In this document: piece after piece, positions 56,707 through 64,000 of the stretch
How the letters are laid out: the number at the start of each line of letters is the position of its first letter
Position numbering within the stretch: the first letter of the stretch is position 1
Source of the DNA: Eledone cirrhosa
Taxonomy: Eukaryota
Direction: 5' to 3'
NCBI GenBank assembly: GCA_964016885.1
Contig: OZ024746.1
Span: forward strand, 35,774,001-35,838,000
Length of the DNA stretch: 64,000 nt
Program-made: the position numbers and the translations under genes
Notes under the pieces: generated by a model
Seen by the model: only the letters and a program-made list of their open reading frames with translations
Database searches by the model: none
What the model was told of the DNA's origin: nothing

Positions 56707-58285
56707 TCTATATATATAAAACTGTGGTTGTCTGTCTGTCTATCGATTTTTGGCACATATCTCCTCTTAGAATCTCTCACGGAATTGCACCGATATTGCT
56801 ATACTTGTACATTGAGCCCTAGCGAAGACATCGGAAAAAAGAAATTTCAAATTAACCCACCCTATGTGACGAAATCGAATATAATGTATCAATTTTTGAG
56901 CGTAAGTTATCAGTTATTTCCATTTGTTCTGTTTATATTGAGCGTCTTACGTAAAACATTACGCTGGCTTTCTCAGCGTTTAAAATGACATTAACACAAT
57001 ACACGAACAGTTGTCGTCGAGCCAGCAAAATATTGACCTGCAAAATTCATCAGTTCGAACACTAAGCTTCCGTTTTGCTTCATTTCCATTTAAAAGCATT
57101 TTAAAACAATATTTTACTTGAAAACAAGTCTATTTAAAGACTACGTAAAACAAGCAAATATTTCGTCGTTAGGCGTGCAGACAGACAGTCGTGCAGACAG
57201 ACAGTTGTGCAGAGAGGTGATATACGCGTGCAGACAGATAGTGGTGCAGAGAGGTGATATAGGCGTGCAGACAGACAGTCGTGCAGAGAGGTGATATAGG
57301 CGTGCAGACAGATAGTCGTGCAGAGAGGTGATATAGGCGTGCAGACAGAGAGTCGTGCAGAGAGGTGATATAGGCATGCAGACAGACATCTATATATATA
57401 AAACTGTGGTTGTCTGTCTGTCTATCGATTTTTGGCACACATCTCCTCTTAGAATCTCTCACGGAATTGCATCGAAATTGCTATACTTGTACATTGAGCC
57501 CTAGCGAAGACATCGGAAAAAAATATTTCAAATTGACCCACCCTATGTGACGAAATCGAATATAATGTATCGATTTTTGAGCGTAAGTGATCAGTTATTT
57601 CCCTTTGTTCTGTTTACATTGAGCGTCTTACGTAAAAAATTACGCTGGCTTTAACAGTTGTCGAGCCAGCAAAATATTGACCTGCAAAATTCATCAGTTC
57701 GAACACTAAGCTTCCGTTTGGCTTCATTTCCATTTAAAAGCATTTTAAAACAATATTTTTACTTGAAAACAAGTCTATTTAAAGACTACGTAAAACAAGC
57801 AAATATTTCGTCGTTAGGCGTGCAGACAGACAGTCGTGCAGAGAGGTGATATAAGCGTGCAGACAGACAGTCGTGCAGAGAGGTGATATAGGCGTGCAGA
57901 CAGATAGTCGTGCAGAGAGGTGATATAGGCGTGCAGACAGACAGTCGTGCAGAGAGGTGATATAGGCGTGCAGACAGACATAACTGATAATTTGGTTACG
58001 CTAATGTTTTTCTCTGCGTTGCAGTGTTTACATTTTTGATCTTTGTTAATAAATAACCAGTGCAGTTTCTATCCCTATCATCCTCTTTTGTTATAACATT
58101 CGGGTTATCGTTATGTTTTCTTAACTTCATAAGGCATATTGTTGGTTGAGGGAATATTAATCAAAAACACCACATGCAAGTCTGCACAGTAGACACTACA
58201 GTTTTTAAGCCAAGAAAGAAACTTAACATTGTAACTTTAACACAGCTACTGAGCGACCCCGAGCAACGCCGGGCTTTACTGCTAG
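56707..58285 (+). mobile_element. Non-autonomous Helitron with duplicated 5' part
   Basis: A|TC start (tctatatatataaaactg at 56707 and again at 57389), subterminal hairpin cccg..cggg, CTAG|T end, and no TSD. Confidence 0.85.
57172..57388 (+). repeat. 37-bp minisatellite (second array 57818-57980)
   Basis: Unit gtcgtgcagagaggtgatataggcgtgcagacagaca. Confidence 0.92.
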
Positions 58286-58499
58286 TTATATATATAGTTC
58301 GTGCATGAAACGTTTCATTAATGCCGGATTTTGCAACATAATCTTTTAGGAACTTTCACACTTAAATGGCAATAGATATTCCTCTTCGTTGTTCGAGTAG
58401 AACCACAGAGCCTTCTGCCGTTCCCAGTAATTAAGGCCTTTGTCATTTTACTAATGAATGTTCACTCTAACCACTATATTTCGTTGTTAAAAACTGGTG

Positions 58500-59400
58500 C
58501 GTTGGGAGACGCCAACCGAGAACAGTAATTTAATCTACTCAGAACTAATATTTTTAATTATTTTGTAAGTTAACGGTATCCGTCTATCTCGCGGAAACAA
58601 ATTCAAGTGGAAATAGGTATGTAAATATAGGGCATATATCTCTGGTCACCGACAAGACTACAGTCATGACTGCCCATCATCAACCGAGACATGTTTAGTC
58701 TTTCGCACAACGGAGGATTAAGCATGCTTAACTGTTGAGAGCAAATGTAGCCCTTTCGCAGTGAAATGCATCCATTTTACAAAATGCTCTGTAGTTGGGT
58801 TGTAGGGGAACTAGGGCAAGGCAGTTTGACTTGGCACAACACACGACACAGGTGATTACGCATTTATAAGGCACTCCGGCAGTTCAAAGATAGCTTCCTC
58901 TCGGCTGATCCAATGCTCGTCAGTTCATTACAGTTCTTCTCACCTTGAGATCTGTACCAAACCAGGTTCGAGCAACTGAACTACCGTCTAACAATCATCC
59001 TATAACGTGGTCTGTAAGCACGGTCTTGCGTTACCGGCTCCTTAGTCTCAGGGGGAGTTACTGCCTTGTTGATATGCTGTGCCTCTGCCATTCAAGCCGC
59101 TCTAGCGTCTTTCGTCTCTTAAATCACTGAAGATCCAGCCTCCCCACTTGGAATTAAAAATATGAATTAACACCACTCTCGATGTAAATACGTCCGGCAT
59201 GACGTCTTTCCCAGGAATGCCTTTACTGCTTTTAGAACAAACAAGTTGCACTGCACTGGCACTTCCTCTGCTGTAGAACCCCTATACTATACTAAATGCG
59301 CTTAAGCATGTGTCGAGATAACGGTATCTGTACATTGCACATTGAACATGTGTGGACAAGATTTTTCAAGAAGAGCACCGTCCTATGTTAGTATTGGGAA
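58500..59400 (-). pseudogene. Old degraded Tx1-like ORF2 fragment
   Basis: Minus-strand agttgctcgaacctggtttggtacagatctcaaggtgagaagaactg aligns with 49248-49297 (KLLGVWFGPDLQVEKNW). SKAF-like and LMM-like blocks are in colinear order. Confidence 0.55.
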
Positions 59401-59534
59401 TGCTGTTGTTTTTAACTTATTCTTAATTGCTGTCAGATTTTCTTTTTACACGCCTTTATGTAAATCTCCAATGTAGTTTTTTGCATGTTTTTTATGGTAG
59501 AGCTCAAGTGGAATATAAAGAAATAATTTTTATA

Positions 59535-59723
59535 ATGATGATTATCATCATCAATAGTCGTCGTCGTCGTCGTCGTCGTCGTAGTAGTAGTAGTAGTAGT
59601 GGTGGTGGTGGTGTTATTAGTAGTAGTTTCTGTAGTAGTATTAGTAGTGGTGGTGGTGGTGGTGGCAGTAGTAGTAGCAGCAGCAGTAGTGGTGGTGGTG
59701 GTGGTAGTGGCAGTAGTAGTATT

Positions 59724-59757
<34 letters not shown>

Positions 59758-59778
59758 GTAGTAGTAGTAGTAGTAGTA

Positions 59779-59811
<33 letters not shown>

Positions 59812-59828
59812 CTGGTAGTAGTAGTAAC
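59535..59828. repeat. Compound trinucleotide microsatellite (GTC/GTA/GTG/TTA)
   Basis: Direct inspection. Confidence 0.95.
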
Positions 59829-60164
59829 CAATATTGATATTATTAAATATTTCTATCACTATTATCATCATTGTTACGAGAATACATAGCACTTAAGAAA
59901 TACACCCTCCAATTGTAATGGATTTTATAAATAACGACTCTTCAGATCGCAAAGATATCGTCAAGTTATTATTATATTCCTGTATGATTATGGAACTCTG
60001 TTAATGGTATTAGTCTTTGTATGAGAGGAATTATAAAACCGGTTGAATATAGCTCACAAAAACATTAAAATATCTTAACAAATATTACACTAAAAATCTC
60101 GAGAATTAAAATCACGTACACAAAGCATATATATATATATACAGTATATATATATATATATACA

Positions 60165-60240
<76 letters not shown>

Positions 60241-60241
60241 G

Positions 60242-60283
<42 letters not shown>

Positions 60284-60285
60284 TA

Positions 60286-60446
<161 letters not shown>

Positions 60447-60944
60447 GAGAGAGCAATACACATACATATATATATATATATTCACACAAGCTATGTTTAT
60501 AATGTTTGTATATGAAAATAGAAATAAACACACGGCACTTGAATACATATATTTATATTTATAGATCAATGTGGATAGAAGACGACATGTATAAATATAA
60601 TATAATAAATATGTATATAAATATATTCATATTTATATATATATACAACACACGCACACACACACACACGCAAACGAGACAACTACACACACACACGCAC
60701 ACACACACAATAACATTCCACCATACGAACATACTACGCTGCCAATACAGAGGAACAAGGCAACAACATACGCACACACACACAAGCGAGACAACAACAC
60801 ACGCACACACACACACTGTAACATTTAACAAACAGGCAGAGAATGGACTGACAGCTAGCGCCATCCCACTCCCTCATTCGGCCGCTGACCTCTGTACGAC
60901 CGACCCCATTTCACGCGCACGCGCACTCTGCCGAATACCTCAGA

Positions 60945-62605
60945 TATTCAAAACAACAAACAACGAAGGACGCGTTCCGGACTTGTCCGACAGACAACCT
61001 TTTTCCCCCACCCCGGAAAAAAATCCCAGTTGATGGATGTGAATCCGAAATATATAGGGACTATTAAATCTCTCCCAAGGTAACTCTCTCTTGTGTAGTT
61101 ATTTTTATTTTATCCTTTATACTCTTCCCTTCATTCTACACATCTTACACATATTATACACACCACGCATCTCAACGTACACCCACTTACATCTCTCTCT
61201 CTCCACCACCGGACCTTGTTACCCGGAGATTTACCCATTTGCATTGTCGAGGCTTCCAAACGACTTAAAGATATTTACTTATTGTTCCACAATGCTTCAA
61301 GCAAACTTCAATACTCTCATATATATATATATATATTTCGTTTCTGAATTTGTTTAGCAAGATTCTTTATCTGAAATCGTGTGTTGAAACCGATATTGTT
61401 ATACTTTGGGAAGGTCATGTTGCCAATAAGAAACACACGCACTAGTGTTTCACTTCAATTTATTATATATTTATAAATCTACAAATTTATTTATAAATTT
61501 CTGGTTGGTTGGTTCCACAACCAGATAGTTGTTTATATATAGTCATAGTTCTTTCGTCACACACTCTGTGACCTCTTCAGTGACTGGGGATTTCTTTCTT
61601 TGTTTCTGTGCCTCTCCTTTGTTCTGTCCTACGCCATTTTGTTTCTGTGTGTGTGTTGTGTGCTCAGTCTGCGCATGCGCCACATCCGGGTGTCTGTGTG
61701 TGTTTATGTATTTATTTACATGTTAGTGGTTGGTTGTTTGTTCTATGTGTGTGTGTGTTTTCATTCTGTACTAAATTGTAAGTTGTGATGTTGCTGTTCC
61801 ACTCATATTTTCTATTTAAAGACCCTCATGTCTTTCAAAGACCCTCATGTATAGATAAGATATGTATAACCTGTAAAATAAGCCCCCATATTAACTGTAA
61901 AACTAGAAATGTAGTGTATAGCATAAGATGTACTGAAGGACAATGTAGAGACAAAAATATAGTGTACATAGGTGAGACAGCTCGTAGTGTAGGGGAACGG
62001 ATAAATGAACACTGGCGAGACCTTCAAGATAATAAAGAATCATCTGTACTCTACCAACATGCTAAGATAGAACACAAGGGTAAATTAGAGAACATAGAAA
62101 TAAAAATAGAATCTACACACAGAAAAGACGCAATGTTTAGACGAATTACAGGCAATAAACATACAAGAATTACAACCAAAATTAAATAGAAAATATGAGT
62201 GGAACAGCAACATCACAACTTACAATTAAGGACAAAATGAAAACACACACACACATAGAACAATCAACCAACCACTAACATGTAAATAAACACATAAACA
62301 CACACAGACACCCGGATGTGGCGCATGCGCAGACTGAGCACACAACACACACACAGAAACAAAATGGCGTAGGATAGAACAAAGGAGAGGCACAGAAACA
62401 AAGAAAGAAATCGCCAGTCACTAAGAGGTCACAGAGTGTGTGACGAAAGAACTATGACTATATATAAACAACTATCTGGTTGTGGAACCAACCAACCAAC
62501 CAGAAATTTATAAATAAATTTGTAGATTTATAAATATATGATAAATTGAAGTGAAAGCTACTGGTGCGTGTGTTACTTATTGGCAACATGACACTCCCAA
62601 ATTAT

Positions 62606-62611
<6 letters not shown>
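60945..62611. mobile_element. Second Neptune-like PLE insertion: inverted tail and pLTR (60945-61818), then GIY-YIG region and pLTR (61819-62611)
   Basis: Very similar to 20840-22015. ORF 61785-62189 carries NVVYSIRC..YIGETARS..R..EH. Confidence 0.9.
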
Positions 62612-62676
<65 letters not shown>

Positions 62677-62739
62677 TATGTGTGTATGTGTGTGCGTGTG
62701 TGCGTGTGTGTATGTATACATTTATAATAATGATAATAA

Positions 62740-62950
62740 TTCCTACTATATGCACAAGGCCAGCAAATTTTGGGGAAAGAAAAATCGATTAAACCAACAA
62801 AAGTGCATTACTTCGTGCATTATATTATCGAACCCGTAAGGTCGAATGGCGAATCTAACCACGGTGCGATTTGAAATCAGAACGTAAAGTGCCATAACTC
62901 TATGCCTTAATGTTCGGTGTTTGGTGCTCTACTGATACGGCCAATCCAAA
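62740..62950 (-). mobile_element. Diverged SINE
   Basis: cacaaggccagcaa, ttatcgaacccgtaagg and gatttgaaatcagaacg blocks. Confidence 0.65.
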
Positions 62951-63087
62951 TGAGAATAATAAGTATATTCACTTGTTATGTGTTTCGTGAATGATACGCT
63001 TAAGGTCCGATCTATATCATGAGCTCATGCTCATTATACAAACGGTTTCCTTAATGACGTAATATATCTACGTAGGTTAAACTATAT

Positions 63088-63145
<58 letters not shown>

Positions 63146-63850
63146 ATATAGTTTAACCTATGGACTTTCACAGTTATCTCCCTTACACCTCTCGCACGCA
63201 ATTTTGGATTGCCTGGGTGAAGTGACCGTTACTGCGCATGCGCGTTCATACGGTTGTCCTTCCGGTTCCGTATAACCATGTCCAATTGTTCTAGGTATGG
63301 TGAACTAACTGTTGTGTAACCACTTATATACATATATATTTGTTTTGTAAGGTATTTGATATGAAATCGTGTCGAAACAAATATTGTTATACTTGGGGAG
63401 GGTCATATTGTTGTAATAATTTTGCCAGAAATAATAACAGAACACACTCACTGTTTGGTTGGTTTTCGCTACTCTATCTTTCATATATCCATAGTTAATT
63501 TGTTTCGCAATCAAACAATTTAAACAGGGATAGTATTTCTCACTAACACTATCATCCCACAACAAATTATTTTCCCAATGCTTTTAACAACATCTTTTAA
63601 TAACATACATTTTTTTTGGGGGGGGGGGGATCCTTCTCTATCTCATTAACTTGGCCTCATTTTAACCCCTACCTTTCCCTTCCCCATTCTTTTCATTCAA
63701 AGCATAAATTTACATTCCTCCACTCCTAGCATAAAGTTTCTACTACGGTTAGTCTATCAACTTGACCTCTAACTTTTCTATTGGTCAATTCAAAACCTGT
63801 TCCCAAACAGACTTTTTGTATTAATACTTTCTTTCAATAAACATACTTCA

Positions 63851-63987
63851 TCATTTCTGAAGATGGCATATATAAGTGAAGGTATGTATATCTCCTCTGA
63901 TAATTTGTAATATTTTCTTACATGGATCTTTAATGTGATATAAATAACAACATACACATATATATCCAAGAAACGATCGTAAAATGA
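63851..63987 (+). ncRNA. Type I hammerhead with about 105-nt stem II, related to 22823-22959
   Basis: tcattt CTGAAGA tgg catatat...atatat cca a GAAA cgatcg TA aaatga. Confidence 0.78.
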
Positions 63988-64000
63988 GGATTTGTTTAAT

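Noticed and set aside
57172-57980. 37-bp repeats as a CRISPR array
   Set aside because: The units are contiguous with no unique spacers, there are no cas genes, and the context is eukaryotic.

Overview
AT-rich, microsatellite-saturated animal DNA ((TA)n, (CA)n, (TC)n, (TATC)n). The SINE and repeat content suggests a mollusc, probably an octopod cephalopod (inference). No host protein-coding gene could be supported, and most ORFs in the track are microsatellite translations. The window contains one apparently intact Tx1/L1-clade LINE (44974-50696) inserted at a (TATC)n/(TC)n junction with a 19-bp TSD. It also holds decayed Penelope-like elements (PLEs) of about three clades, Helitron pieces, tRNA-derived SINEs, and RTE/CR1 remnants. 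The main unexplained structure is a dense set of short non-coding elements sitting in (TA)n tracts and arranged as fold-backs or tandem units. About 25-30 type I hammerhead ribozyme (HHR) motifs from roughly ten unrelated families were found by eye in these elements and in the PLE termini. Many have very long stem II inserts, palindromic stem III, or non-canonical cores. All folds and alignments were done manually, and coordinates may be off by a few bases.
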